Positions 46,081-54,216 of a stretch of 64,000 nucleotides of DNA are shown here, one piece after another (the stretch's first letter is position 1; every line of letters begins with the position of its first letter). Made by a program: the position numbers and the translations under genes. Source of the stretch: Bacteroidales bacterium (GTDB lineage Bacteria > Bacteroidota > Bacteroidia > Bacteroidales > UBA932). Below the pieces are notes generated by a model. It did no database searches. It worked only from the letters and a program-made list of their open reading frames with translations, and had not been told where the DNA came from. Location: assembly GCA_017480345.1 (NCBI GenBank), contig JAFVAU010000016.1, forward strand, positions 20,464 to 84,463, given 5' to 3'.

Positions 46081-46081
46081 C

Positions 46082-47347
46082 TTATTTCAGAATGTCGCTA
46101 TTCATCAGGAATTGATGCAGCCCCATGAAGATGATTCCGTCATCGTTGGTGTAGGTGGCGATATCGTCCCCCTGTATGACAATCTTCTGGAAAGAATCTC
46201 CAATCTTGCGGAGTGGATTCAACTCCTGGTTCTTCTTAATGTCATCGGGCATAGCATAGGCGGACTGGATATAGTACTTGTCTATGCCATTGGTTACAAT
46301 GAAATCAACCTCGTACTGAATGTATTCAGACTTACCGTCCCTCATTTCCCGGGACTCAATTAGTCCTACGTCCACCAGATAATCCCTGGAGCGCAACTCG
46401 TTGTAAATAACATTCTCCATTATATGGGTAATCTCCTGTTGCCGGAAATTCAGTCTGGCATTTCTAAGGCCAACGTCCACGCAGTAATATTTCTTGAAGG
46501 ACTTGTAGTACTCTTTCCCCTTGATATTATATCGGCTGGAGCCTTCAAACAGGAAAGAATCACAGATATAGCCCAGATACTTCTGAACGGTTTCCTCATC
46601 TATCTTGATGTTCTGAATGCTCTGAAGCGAGCGTGCCATTTTGGTTGGATTGGTCAATGATCCAATGGCAGAGCATAATTCATCGGCAATAGCCTCCAGC
46701 GCTACCTTGTTATCAATCTCATAACGATCCAGGATGTCCGTGAGGTAAGTCTTTCTCCATAGATCCTGCAGGTAGTTCGCCTTCTGGAGCGGAGTTCTAC
46801 GACGGAGCAATCCAGGCATACCGCCGTAAGTATAGTATTCCTTCCACAGGTCGCTGAACTGCTCATCCCTTCCGGTACAGAATTCCTTAAAAGAGAAAGG
46901 ATTGCACCGGATTTCCTCACCACGGTCCCGGAATATAGTGCTGATGTCTTTCGATAGAAGCTTAGCGTTACTACCGGTTACATAGACATCTACATTGTCT
47001 TTTTCCCTCAGTCCATTGACCAGTTTTTCAAAACCGTCCACCTCTTGAATCTCATCCAGCATCACGTAATACATCCGCTTCGGATCCGTGATCTTATCAT
47101 AGAGATAAGCCTTCAGTTTCTCTTTGTCGGCCAGCTCGCTCTGATTGTTTTCATCATCCAGATCCAGTGATACAATGATGATGTCTTCCTCCGGAACACC
47201 GTCAGCAATCAGGTAATCTTTGTACAGACGGGTCAGAAGCCATGACTTTCCACACCGCCTAGGCCCGGTCACCACTTTGGCCGCACCGTCTCCCCGACTG
47301 TTAATCAGCTTCTGCAAATAAACATTTCTTGGTATATATCCGGGCAT
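46082..47347 (-). CDS. AAA ATPase with a DUF4143-type C-terminal domain
   Basis: I moved the start to ATG 47347 (MPGYIPRNVYLQKL...). The Walker A motif is GPRRCGKSWLL, followed by VMLDEIQEV. The C-terminal half resembles DUF4143. Confidence 0.8.
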   Translation of the reverse strand: MPGYIPRNVYLQKLINSRGDGAAKVVTGPRRCGKSWLLTRLYKDYLIADGVPEEDIIIVSLDLDDENNQSELADKEKLKAYLYDKITDPKRMYYVMLDEIQEVDGFEKLVNGLREKDNVDVYVTGSNAKLLSKDISTIFRDRGEEIRCNPFSFKEFCTGRDEQFSDLWKEYYTYGGMPGLLRRRTPLQKANYLQDLWRKTYLTDILDRYEIDNKVALEAIADELCSAIGSLTNPTKMARSLQSIQNIKIDEETVQKYLGYICDSFLFEGSSRYNIKGKEYYKSFKKYYCVDVGLRNARLNFRQQEITHIMENVIYNELRSRDYLVDVGLIESREMRDGKSEYIQYEVDFIVTNGIDKYYIQSAYAMPDDIKKNQELNPLRKIGDSFQKIVIQGDDIATYTNDDGIIFMGLHQFLMNSDILK

Positions 47348-47384
47348 AATTAAAAACGTTAAATAGTTTATAATAAATCGATTG

Positions 47385-47422
47385 AGTATTACACAATCGG
47401 AATTTACTGCAAATTTACAATA
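47385..47422. repeat. Palindromic element copy B (inverted relative to copy A, 1 mismatch)
   Basis: aatcggaattta-ctgcaaatttacaa-taaattccgatt. Its reverse complement equals the core of copy A except for one loop base (g versus a). Confidence 0.85.
47400..47407 (-). promoter_or_regulatory. -7 box TAAATTTG inside the loop of palindrome copy B
   Basis: The minus-strand loop reads ttgTAAATTTGcag, 52 nt upstream of the ATPase ATG. Confidence 0.35.
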
Positions 47423-47596
47423 AATTCCGATTCGAAACAAAATGTCAATAGAAATATCACTTGCTCATCTCACTCTCAAACAGGGCCATTGCATTGGCTT
47501 TGGTCCTTTATCGAAAAGGACGCCCGAATGGCGCATTCCTTTATATTCAGCGCTTTAGTAAACCCTGCTTTCTTGCCTTCCAACAAAATTATGGAG

Positions 47597-47609
47597 CGCT
47601 CACCTCCAC
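47597..47609 (+). repeat. attR-like copy of the 13-bp direct repeat (displaced original tmRNA 3' end)
   Basis: CGCTCACCTCCAC is identical to 38519..38531. Here it is followed by A and an intrinsic terminator. Confidence 0.6.
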
Positions 47610-47637
47610 AAAAAAAAGAGCCTTAGCGGCTCTTTTT
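47610..47637 (+). terminator. Hairpin + T-run (probable ancestral ssrA terminator; also ends the convergent operon)
   Basis: aaaaaaaagagcc-ttagc-ggctcttttt. The stop codon of the 47623 gene lies in the loop. Confidence 0.5.
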
Positions 47638-48276
47638 GATGTATTTGAGAATGAGGTTCACGGCATCCTCTTCCGTGAGGTCATCCACATTCAGGACCAG
47701 GTCGTAGTTGCGGAGGTCGTAGCGGCTGCGGCCGGTGTAGCGCCGGATGTAGTTTTCCCTCATCTTGTCCACCCGTTCAATCACCTCCACGGCCTCCTCC
47801 CGGGAGAGTTCCTGCTTTTTCATCACGCGCTCGATACGGTGTTCCATGGAGGCGGTGATGAAGACGTTCACCTTGTTGGGATAATCCTTCAGGATAAAGA
47901 AGGCGGATCGGCCGGCAATGACGCAGGATCCTTCGTCGGCGATGGCCTTGACAATCTCCACCTCGGCCTCATGGACGTCGTCCGTAGTCAGGTCCGGGCG
48001 GAATTCACGCAGGAAAGGAGCCTCGGGCTCGATGAACATGTCCACATTGGGGGCGGGGGCCACCAGCTGCATGAAATCGTTGACCCAGTTCTTCTTCTCT
48101 CCCTTGAGCTTCTCGATTCCGCTCACGGTGAGATGGAACTTCTCCTGAAGTTCCTTGATCAGCTGTTTGTCGCTGTAATGTACGCCCAACTGTGCAGCCA
48201 GTTTCCGGCCGATGGTACGGCCTCCGCTGCCCAGTTCGCGGCTGACGGTAATGACAAAATCTTTAGAGATATCCAT
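47623..48276 (-). CDS. Cytidylate kinase-like P-loop family protein
   Basis: ITVSRELGSGGRTIGRKLAAQLGVHYSDKQLI is the Cytidylate_kin2-type N-terminus. 217 aa. Confidence 0.75.
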   Translation of the reverse strand: MDISKDFVITVSRELGSGGRTIGRKLAAQLGVHYSDKQLIKELQEKFHLTVSGIEKLKGEKKNWVNDFMQLVAPAPNVDMFIEPEAPFLREFRPDLTTDDVHEAEVEIVKAIADEGSCVIAGRSAFFILKDYPNKVNVFITASMEHRIERVMKKQELSREEAVEVIERVDKMRENYIRRYTGRSRYDLRNYDLVLNVDDLTEEDAVNLILKYIKKSR

Positions 48277-48279
48277 AAT

Positions 48280-48582
48280 TTACTGAATTTCAAAGAGGTT
48301 AAGAAAACCGGTCATCATGAACACCTGGCGGATGTCGTTGTTGATGTCCTTCACAATCACCTTGCCACCCTTGGAGGCGGCAGCCTTGCGGATGGTGAGG
48401 AAAATACGCAGTCCGGAGCTGGAGATGTACTCCATGTCCTTGCAGTCCAGCACGATGGTGCCGGAAGGGTCCTCCAGGATGGGCTCCACGCTTTTGGAGA
48501 CTTCCTGAGAAGCAGGGGTGTCCAGACGGCCCACAAAACGGGCCGTGGTTACATTGTTCTCTTTTTCAATAAATACTTCCAT
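48280..48582 (-). CDS. STAS-domain anti-sigma-factor antagonist (RsbV/SpoIIAA-like)
   Basis: 100 aa. DCKDMEYISSSGLRIFL contains the phospho-serine context. Confidence 0.85.
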   Translation of the reverse strand: MEVFIEKENNVTTARFVGRLDTPASQEVSKSVEPILEDPSGTIVLDCKDMEYISSSGLRIFLTIRKAAASKGGKVIVKDINNDIRQVFMMTGFLNLFEIQ

Positions 48583-48587
48583 ATCGT

Positions 48588-50756
48588 TTAAATGTTTTTG
48601 GTCATACTTAATATATTCCTTCCGTTTTCACGTTTGTACAAAACGCGGTCCATTATCTGCCTTACAAGAAAAATACCCAAACCACCAATCTGCCGTTCCT
48701 CCACCCCCAGGGTAATATCGGCATCCGGGGTGGCTGTAGGATCGAAGGCTTTTCCGCCGTCACTGAGGATGAACTCAATGCTGTCATCCCTCAGGATGGC
48801 CTCCAGGTCCACCAGACCGTCCGTCCCCTCCGGATATGCATACAGAATCACGTTGGTAACGGCTTCCTCCAGAGCCAGGTTCAAGCTCATGGTCATGGCC
48901 TGCGGAATATTCTTCTGCTCGGCAATAGCTTCGACAAACCCGGCCAGCTGAGGAATCTGCTGGATGTCGTTGTGCAATATCAAATGTTTTTCCATAACAT
49001 CTGTGCGTTGTTTTTTATTCAGGTAATGGATAAAGAGCATGGTGATGTCATCACTCTGGGGCGCCTCTCCCACAAAGGAGCGGACAGATGCCATCACGGC
49101 GTCCAGGTGCTCCTGGGCACTGCGCCGTTCATGAAGCACAGCCTGCATCCGGGCCAGGCCATATTGGTCGTGGTCCGCATTCTCGGCCTCAGTGATACCG
49201 TCGGTATACAGATAAATGGCGTCATCGTTGTGGAACTGGATGGTCTGCCCTTCGAATTCCATGCCAAGGTCTATCCCTAAAGGAATGTTCGGGAGCACCG
49301 GCAGCATCTCAATCTTGTCCGTAAAGAGCAGAGGAGGATTGTGCCCGGCGTTGCAATAGGTCAGGAGGCCGTCTTCCAAATTGAGCACGCCACAGAAGAA
49401 TGTGACGAACATCTCGCTCTCCGCCATGTCGAACATGCCCCAGTTAATCCCTTCGACAATCACCTTGGGGCTGTCTTCCAAGGCCGATATATTCCGGAAC
49501 AGGCTGCGCGTGACCGCCATCACCAGGGAAGCGGGGACTCCCTTGCCGGCCACGTCGCCAATGCAGAAGAAGAGTTTTTCGTCCCGGATGTAAAAGTCAT
49601 ATAAGTCTCCCCCCACCTGCTTGGCCGGCACAATGGTGGCCGATATATCCAAATCCGTACGCTCCGGGAAAGAGAAGTTCTTGGGAATCATGGACATCTG
49701 GATGTCCCGTCCAATCTGGAGCTCGCTTTCCATGTGCTCCTCGTTGTCCCTGGCTTTCTGGTAGTCCACCCAGCTTTTGGCCATGGCCCGGAGGATGAAG
49801 AACAGCATCAGAAGGCCCACGACCTGTAAAAGAGCGGCCATGAGGCCCATCTGCCGGACGTCTTCGAAGATTTCCTTGTCGGGGAATACCACGGCCATGG
49901 ACCAGTCTGTCCGGCTGATGGGAGAATAGTAGACATGGAAGGTATCGTGTTTTCCTTTAATGGACACCTCACCGGTCTTTCCGCTCATCATTCCCTCTTC
50001 CAGCTCATGGAAATGAACCTTGTCCTTCATATTGGCCGCCAGATCCCCCAGATACATCTTCATGGAGAGAGAGTCGGAGGGGGCCACCATCAAAAGGCCG
50101 TTACGGCTCACCAGGATGCTGAAGGCATTGTCATAGGAATCAATCTTTCCCACATGTTCCGAAAGCCAGTCCAGGGAAATATCGGCCGTAATGACGGCGG
50201 CATCCTTTCCCGCACGGTCCTTCAAAGGCATGGAATAGGTGGTCATCATGATATTGCCGCCACCTTCGTCCAGGTAGGGTTCACTCCAATAGCCCTCTCC
50301 CTTTTCCAAGGCTTTCGTGAACCAGGGCTGGTTGGGGTAATTGTATGTGGCCGTTGCAAGGGTGGTATACTCTATCTTATTGCCGGACAAATACGCATAC
50401 GGAGCCCAAAGCGGGAATTTTCTGCTATAACCGGGGACCAGGGCCACCGTGGAGCCGGAAACGGCCCTGTTGTTCTCCACGATACGGGCCGACACGCTCA
50501 CAAGGCTGTCCGGATATTGCAGACACCACCGGGCAATCCACATGTTGTCCCGAATGGCCTGTTCCGCCTGTTCCACCACATCCAGGATGGCATAGCGGCT
50601 GGTGACCAGAATATGCTCCGCGTTCTTCTGGGCCGCCCGCCGGGCCGTATCGAAAAGGGAACGGAACTGGATAAACGACGTCGCCTCCAGGATGACGGCC
50701 GCCACCAGCACCAGGAACACCCGGAACAGCTTTTTCCTTTCTACTGTCTTGTCCAT
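48588..50756 (-). CDS. Cache-like sensor + PP2C/SpoIIE phosphatase + C-terminal RsbW-type HATPase kinase (fused RsbU-RsbW)
   Basis: 722 aa. The first ~590 aa are paralogous to ORF 1292..3052 (YWSEPYLDEGGGNIMMTTYSMPL; VGGDLYDF; GDVAGKGVPASLVMA; DDITML). The extra C-terminal ~130 aa (LNLALEEAVTNVILYAY...GGLGIFLVRQIMD) is an anti-sigma-factor-type kinase domain. Confidence 0.85.
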   Translation of the reverse strand: MDKTVERKKLFRVFLVLVAAVILEATSFIQFRSLFDTARRAAQKNAEHILVTSRYAILDVVEQAEQAIRDNMWIARWCLQYPDSLVSVSARIVENNRAVSGSTVALVPGYSRKFPLWAPYAYLSGNKIEYTTLATATYNYPNQPWFTKALEKGEGYWSEPYLDEGGGNIMMTTYSMPLKDRAGKDAAVITADISLDWLSEHVGKIDSYDNAFSILVSRNGLLMVAPSDSLSMKMYLGDLAANMKDKVHFHELEEGMMSGKTGEVSIKGKHDTFHVYYSPISRTDWSMAVVFPDKEIFEDVRQMGLMAALLQVVGLLMLFFILRAMAKSWVDYQKARDNEEHMESELQIGRDIQMSMIPKNFSFPERTDLDISATIVPAKQVGGDLYDFYIRDEKLFFCIGDVAGKGVPASLVMAVTRSLFRNISALEDSPKVIVEGINWGMFDMAESEMFVTFFCGVLNLEDGLLTYCNAGHNPPLLFTDKIEMLPVLPNIPLGIDLGMEFEGQTIQFHNDDAIYLYTDGITEAENADHDQYGLARMQAVLHERRSAQEHLDAVMASVRSFVGEAPQSDDITMLFIHYLNKKQRTDVMEKHLILHNDIQQIPQLAGFVEAIAEQKNIPQAMTMSLNLALEEAVTNVILYAYPEGTDGLVDLEAILRDDSIEFILSDGGKAFDPTATPDADITLGVEERQIGGLGIFLVRQIMDRVLYKRENGRNILSMTKNI

Positions 50757-50759
50757 CTT

Positions 50760-52244
50760 CTAATCATCCGTTTCTCCCATCATGATAAGCAGATGGTCAT
50801 CAACCTCCAATATCATGCTGCCATGGGGCACCAGAAAACGTTCCCCGCGCTTGACCATAATGACGCGGATTCCGTGCGGAAGGTGCAGGTCCCGAAGGGT
50901 GGCCCCTCCCGCCAAGTCTCCCTCCCCGACGATATGGTCTCTCATCATTCCCATCTCTTCCGGCATATCCAGGCCGAAGGTTTCCACCTGGGGGTCTTCG
51001 TCCATGCTCAGATTGAGCCATTTGGCCACCGGCGGCAGCGTCATTCCCTGCGTAAGGAGGGAAAGGAGCGTAATCACCAGCACGATATTGAAGATGACAT
51101 CCGAGCCGCCCACCTCATGCACCACCGTATAAAGGGCAAAGAGAATGGGACCGGCGCCCTTGAGACCCACCCACGATATGAAGAGTTTGGCCCTGGCGGG
51201 AAGTTTGCGGAAACCCGCCAGCGAAATGAAAACGGCCGCAGGACGGGCCACGAACATCATGAACAGGCCAATCATCAAGGCCGGCACAAATACCTTGGGC
51301 ATCTGGGAAGGATGGGCCAGAAGACCCAGCATGAGCACCATCAGCAGCTGGGACAGCCAGGAGATTCCATCAAAGAATTTAAGCACTTCCTTCTTCTGGG
51401 GAAGCGTAGGGGCATTCCCGATCATGATGGCCGCCACATACAAGGCCAGCAGGCCGTTTCCTCCCACTACGGAGGCTATGCCGTTGGCAAAGAAGGCCAG
51501 GCTCAGGATCATGATACTCACCAGGGGGCTGGAATTCAAGTTGATCCTGCCCAGGATCCATTTGGAAAAGCGGCCTATCAGGTAGCCCACCAGGAAGCCC
51601 ATGGCAATCTGGTAAACCAGCACAAGGGAAACCACCAAAGCGGTGGCGCCTGCCGTTTCAGAACCGTCTATTTCCATTCCGCCGTTAACCAGTTTCACCA
51701 GGATAATGGTGACCACGTAGGCCATGGGGTCGTTACTGCCGGATTCCAGCTCCAGCATAGGGCCCAGGTTTTCCCTGAGCTGCAGGCGTTTGCTCCTCAG
51801 GATGTTGAACACGGAAGTGGAATCCGTGGAGGAAAGGACGGCGGCCACCAGCAGCGCTCCCAAAAGCGTGGTTCCGTCCGGGCCGATGGTCTTGCCGGCA
51901 ACCAGATAGATAAAGGCGCCCGTGAGGCCGATGGTGATGAGCACGCCCAGGGACGACAGCAGGATTCCCTGTTTGAGGACCGGACGCGTTTCATGCATTT
52001 CCGTCTCCAGGCCGCCCGTGAGCAGGATTACCGTCATGCCCAGGTGACACAGGAACTCCGCCATGTGCAGGTTGTCAAACTTGAGCCCGATTCCGTCCTG
52101 CCCGGCCACCATGCCCACAATGAGGAAAACCAGCATGGACGGCACGCCGAAGCGCGTTCCGATCTTGTTGGACAGAACCGCCACGAAGACCAGAATGGAA
52201 AGGAGCAACATCAAGTTGCCGGCGTCCAGGCCGATGGTAAACAT
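50760..52244 (-). CDS. K+/H+ antiporter (CPA1, NhaP2/CvrA-like) with a C-terminal TrkA_C/RCK_C domain
   Basis: 494 aa. It has a polytopic N-terminal transporter domain. The C-terminus, ATLRDLHLPHGIRVIMVKRGERFLVPHGSMILEVDDHLLIM, is an RCK_C pattern. Confidence 0.85.
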   Translation of the reverse strand: MFTIGLDAGNLMLLLSILVFVAVLSNKIGTRFGVPSMLVFLIVGMVAGQDGIGLKFDNLHMAEFLCHLGMTVILLTGGLETEMHETRPVLKQGILLSSLGVLITIGLTGAFIYLVAGKTIGPDGTTLLGALLVAAVLSSTDSTSVFNILRSKRLQLRENLGPMLELESGSNDPMAYVVTIILVKLVNGGMEIDGSETAGATALVVSLVLVYQIAMGFLVGYLIGRFSKWILGRINLNSSPLVSIMILSLAFFANGIASVVGGNGLLALYVAAIMIGNAPTLPQKKEVLKFFDGISWLSQLLMVLMLGLLAHPSQMPKVFVPALMIGLFMMFVARPAAVFISLAGFRKLPARAKLFISWVGLKGAGPILFALYTVVHEVGGSDVIFNIVLVITLLSLLTQGMTLPPVAKWLNLSMDEDPQVETFGLDMPEEMGMMRDHIVGEGDLAGGATLRDLHLPHGIRVIMVKRGERFLVPHGSMILEVDDHLLIMMGETDD

Positions 52245-52250
52245 CTTCTT

Positions 52251-53084
52251 CTACTTCAATATGGATTCCAAGGCCACGCGCATTTCCGGCATGGGGCAGC
52301 GCGTGTCCCTTTCAACAATCAGGGTTTTGAGGCCGGCGTAAGGCCGGATGAACTCATCGGCCTCCTTCACCGTGGTGCCGGCACCGAAATAGGCGGGGAC
52401 AAAATGCTCCCAGAACCGGATGGCCAGGGTCTTGGGCATGTGGAACGTCTCCCGGATGAACTCGTCGGAACTCAGGTTGGTGCAAAGGTACACCATGCCC
52501 ACGTCAAAGAGGTGGTTGCCGTAGCAGAAATCTCCCAGGTCTATGAAATAGCGCTTGTCACCGGCAAAGATGGCATTGCTGAACTGGAGGTCTCCGTGGA
52601 TGGCCGTATCCTCGTCGGGCGTATCCATGATGAACTTGGAGAGTTTGTCCTTCTGCTCCATTGAGAAGAAAGGATTCTCTTCCAGCAGGCGGAGGTTGCG
52701 GTCCTTCACATTCTCGAACTGGGTGGTGTCCACATGGACGGAATGCAGTTTCAGGCACATCTGGGCAAACTCCTGTGCATACTGCTCCACCTTCTCGGGA
52801 TGGTCTCCCGTAGCGCGGGAATAAGACAGTTTCCCGGGGATGCGGCGGAAACGGATGCCGTATCGGCCATCTTCCGTCACCACATACTCTCCGGGCTCCG
52901 GCGTGGGAATGCCCATATCGTATACTTTGCGGGCCAGGACCATCTCGTCCAGGGGCTGCTGGATCTTGCCCGGGAAATACAGTTTGAGCATCAGGTCGGG
53001 ATCCGAGATGCAGTCATAGCTTTCTCCGTTGGCGCCACCGCCGAACAGCTTGTAATCCTTGAGGGAGATTTTAATGGGTTCCAT
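52251..53084 (-). CDS. APH/choline-kinase-like phosphotransferase
   Basis: HGDLQFSNAIF (catalytic loop) and FIDLGDF (DxG metal site) are present. 277 aa. It overlaps the upstream gene by 14 nt. Confidence 0.7.
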   Translation of the reverse strand: MEPIKISLKDYKLFGGGANGESYDCISDPDLMLKLYFPGKIQQPLDEMVLARKVYDMGIPTPEPGEYVVTEDGRYGIRFRRIPGKLSYSRATGDHPEKVEQYAQEFAQMCLKLHSVHVDTTQFENVKDRNLRLLEENPFFSMEQKDKLSKFIMDTPDEDTAIHGDLQFSNAIFAGDKRYFIDLGDFCYGNHLFDVGMVYLCTNLSSDEFIRETFHMPKTLAIRFWEHFVPAYFGAGTTVKEADEFIRPYAGLKTLIVERDTRCPMPEMRVALESILK

Positions 53085-54147
53085 GGCTTTTTTCGTTCAT
53101 GAAGGGTAAATCTTTTGCCTGTTCCAAAAGGAATTCCGCCAGCATTTCATGGCTGTCGGACGGGCCGTTGAGGATATCGAACATCCTTTTGATACCGACG
53201 CTGCCGCCTCCCCGTTTGAGGATGTAGGCGATGCACAGGTTCTGCGGGCCCACGGAGGAGGAGATGATGTCCAGGTCTGTGAGGGCCATCTGGTAGGAGG
53301 CCAGCTGGAAGGCGCCGTCGGAGCATTCCTTGATGAGCCGGTCCACGTCTCCGAGGGTTTTGCACTCCAAGAACTGGAATACTTCCAGATAAGGCAGGAG
53401 GGAAACCGGCTGAATCTCCGCCTGGTTGATGCCGGCGATGTTCCGGTTGAGCCTGTCAAAGGGCTCCATGTCCAGGAAACTGCGGTAAGTCTCCAGGTCC
53501 AGCGGGGCGTCGTCCAGGTTGCCGGAAGCCACCAGCGCCTGCACCTTGCGGCGGTAATCGGCCAGTTCCACGCGGATGCGGCTGAACTCCTCGTCCACCA
53601 GTTCCAGGAGGCCGGCCATGCGGCTGAGGCTGCGCCGGTAATAGGTGGGAATCTCTACGCCGCTCTTGTAGCCGGTGTCGTGGTTCATGTTGGCCCAGGC
53701 ATGCTGCAGGATGGTTCTCATCTGAATCTCGAAACGGTATTCGAAGCCTTTCTTGGTGCAGATGTAATGCAGCGAGAGATAGCCGAAGGTATCTATTTCC
53801 AGGAGCTTTCTCTTGTCTACGGAATTCTCCCAGTCAATGTCGAAAAGACGGTCCACGGCCGATGCCACCTTGTCCACGTCCTCGCTGTAATAGGTGATGA
53901 CGCGGAGGCCCACGATGTCCGTGATATCGGCCAGTGACTTGTATTTTGCGCCCTTGAGTTCCAGTTTGCCGGCCAGGGAATCCTCCGTCTTTACCCGGGA
54001 CTCGATGCTGGCGACAATGATGCCGGCCTTGTCCAGGGTGGTCCGGAGGGTATGCTGAATAGCCAGAGCCTGTTTTTGGAATTCCGGAAGATGGTCCCGG
54101 TATTCCTGAAGGATTTGTTCACAGTGGGCGTCCAGCAGTCTGTTCAT
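53071..54147 (-). CDS. RelA/SpoT-domain nucleotide pyrophosphokinase (synthetase-only, SAS-like) with a ~150-aa unassigned C-terminal extension
   Basis: ESRVKTEDSLAGKLELKG, DIVGLRVITYY, GYLSLHYI and FEIQMRTILQHAWANMNHD are the synthetase-domain blocks. There is no HD domain. Confidence 0.8.
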   Translation of the reverse strand: MNRLLDAHCEQILQEYRDHLPEFQKQALAIQHTLRTTLDKAGIIVASIESRVKTEDSLAGKLELKGAKYKSLADITDIVGLRVITYYSEDVDKVASAVDRLFDIDWENSVDKRKLLEIDTFGYLSLHYICTKKGFEYRFEIQMRTILQHAWANMNHDTGYKSGVEIPTYYRRSLSRMAGLLELVDEEFSRIRVELADYRRKVQALVASGNLDDAPLDLETYRSFLDMEPFDRLNRNIAGINQAEIQPVSLLPYLEVFQFLECKTLGDVDRLIKECSDGAFQLASYQMALTDLDIISSSVGPQNLCIAYILKRGGGSVGIKRMFDILNGPSDSHEMLAEFLLEQAKDLPFMNEKSHGTH

Positions 54148-54172
54148 GTGTGCGTATGCGTATATATTCCCA

Positions 54173-54180
54173 CAAATATA
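54173..54180 (-). promoter_or_regulatory. -7 box TATATTTG for the synthetase/partner-switching operon
   Basis: The plus strand reads caaatata. This is an exact TAnnTTTG match 25 nt upstream of ATG 54147. Confidence 0.4.
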
Positions 54181-54201
54181 GCAATTTTTTTACAAATTCC
54201 T

Positions 54202-54209
54202 TACCTTTG
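54202..54209 (+). promoter_or_regulatory. -7 box TACCTTTG for the TonB-dependent receptor gene
   Basis: Exact TAnnTTTG match 7 nt upstream of ATG 54217. Confidence 0.45.
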
Positions 54210-54216
54210 CAGCGAG

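Larger units (their letters stand above)
38532..47596. mobile_element. About 9.1-kb genomic island integrated into the 3' end of ssrA (degraded, integrase truncated)
   Basis: It is bounded by the 13-bp direct repeat of the tmRNA 3' end, and each copy is followed by its own terminator. It contains an integrase remnant, a RhuM-type gene, gene fragments and visibly AT-richer flanks (about 38570-39650 and 45560-47600). Confidence 0.6.

Noticed and set aside
49935-52664. 909-aa plus-strand ORF, and the similar long antisense ORFs 22271..24724 (817 aa), 30360..32762 (800 aa), 5155..6729 (524 aa), 8735..10063, 11537..12748, 14284..15567, 15843..16991, 20450..21730 and 47461..48591
   Set aside because: Each lies antisense to a gene with clear family motifs. 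Their translations are low-complexity G/H/R/A/V/Q-rich strings with no recognisable domains. Long stop-free antisense frames are expected in high-GC coding DNA.
53071-54147. Toxic small alarmone synthetase (toxSAS) toxin-antitoxin pair with the overlapping APH-like gene
   Set aside because: There is no small antitoxin-sized partner or hydrolase neighbour. The gene heads a six-gene signalling and transport operon in the core-looking chromosome, not an island, so a regulatory role seems more likely. This interpretation is not excluded experimentally.
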